Origin: Clostridia bacterium
Lineage (GTDB): Bacteria; Bacillota; Clostridia; UBA1212; DUPL01
NCBI GenBank assembly: GCA_050951325.1
Contig: JBMNIW010000010.1
Location: 1 to 47,712 of the forward strand
Length of the DNA: 47,712 nt
Direction of reading: 5' to 3'
Positions within the stretch are counted from its first letter, which is position 1. Every line of letters begins with the position of its first letter. The position numbers were made by a program, and so were the translations under genes. Shown piece after piece: positions 47,660-47,712 of this stretch. The notes under the pieces were generated by a model that worked only from the letters and a program-made list of their open reading frames with translations, searched no databases and was not told where the DNA came from.

Positions 47660-47712
47660 AAATAAAAAATAATTTTTATTTGAAAGGATATAAAAAGGGC
47701 CGCTGCGTTTAT

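Noticed and set aside
1-47712. CRISPR array, tRNA/rRNA, integrase, transposase, phage or defence genes
   Set aside because: I saw no regularly spaced repeat-spacer units, RNA-gene signatures or such protein motifs.

Overview
A low-GC bacterial chromosome segment that looks like Bacillota (Clostridia-like): sigma-A promoters, AGGAGG ribosome-binding sites, lipoproteins and C-terminally anchored proteins. Most of it is a large, poorly characterised glycan-utilisation region. It has four GH99/GH71-like enzymes, GH38, GH20, two unclassified (alpha/alpha)6-like proteins, membrane-anchored DUF4082/NPCBM proteins, three AraC regulators, and a URO-D-family protein. It also has an L-xylulose pathway (lyx kinase, ulaE-like epimerase, araD) headed by a duplicated ManA-like cupin. 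Two blocks interrupt this region. The first is a NifB/NifX-Mrp-MinD/4Fe-4S operon whose three 5' genes are pseudogenes. The second is an AT-rich cassette: a secreted Tyr-rich protein with a homopolymer frameshift in its signal peptide, then two paralogous pairs of FtsX/MacB-like permeases around a single ABC ATPase (A-B-ATPase-A'-B'). A recurrent operator, GAC-N4-ATTTGCACAA, lies 34-35 bp from -10 boxes and links the right-hand operons into a putative regulon. I saw no rRNA, tRNA, CRISPR array or intact transposase. All family calls come from motif recognition by eye, not from database searches.
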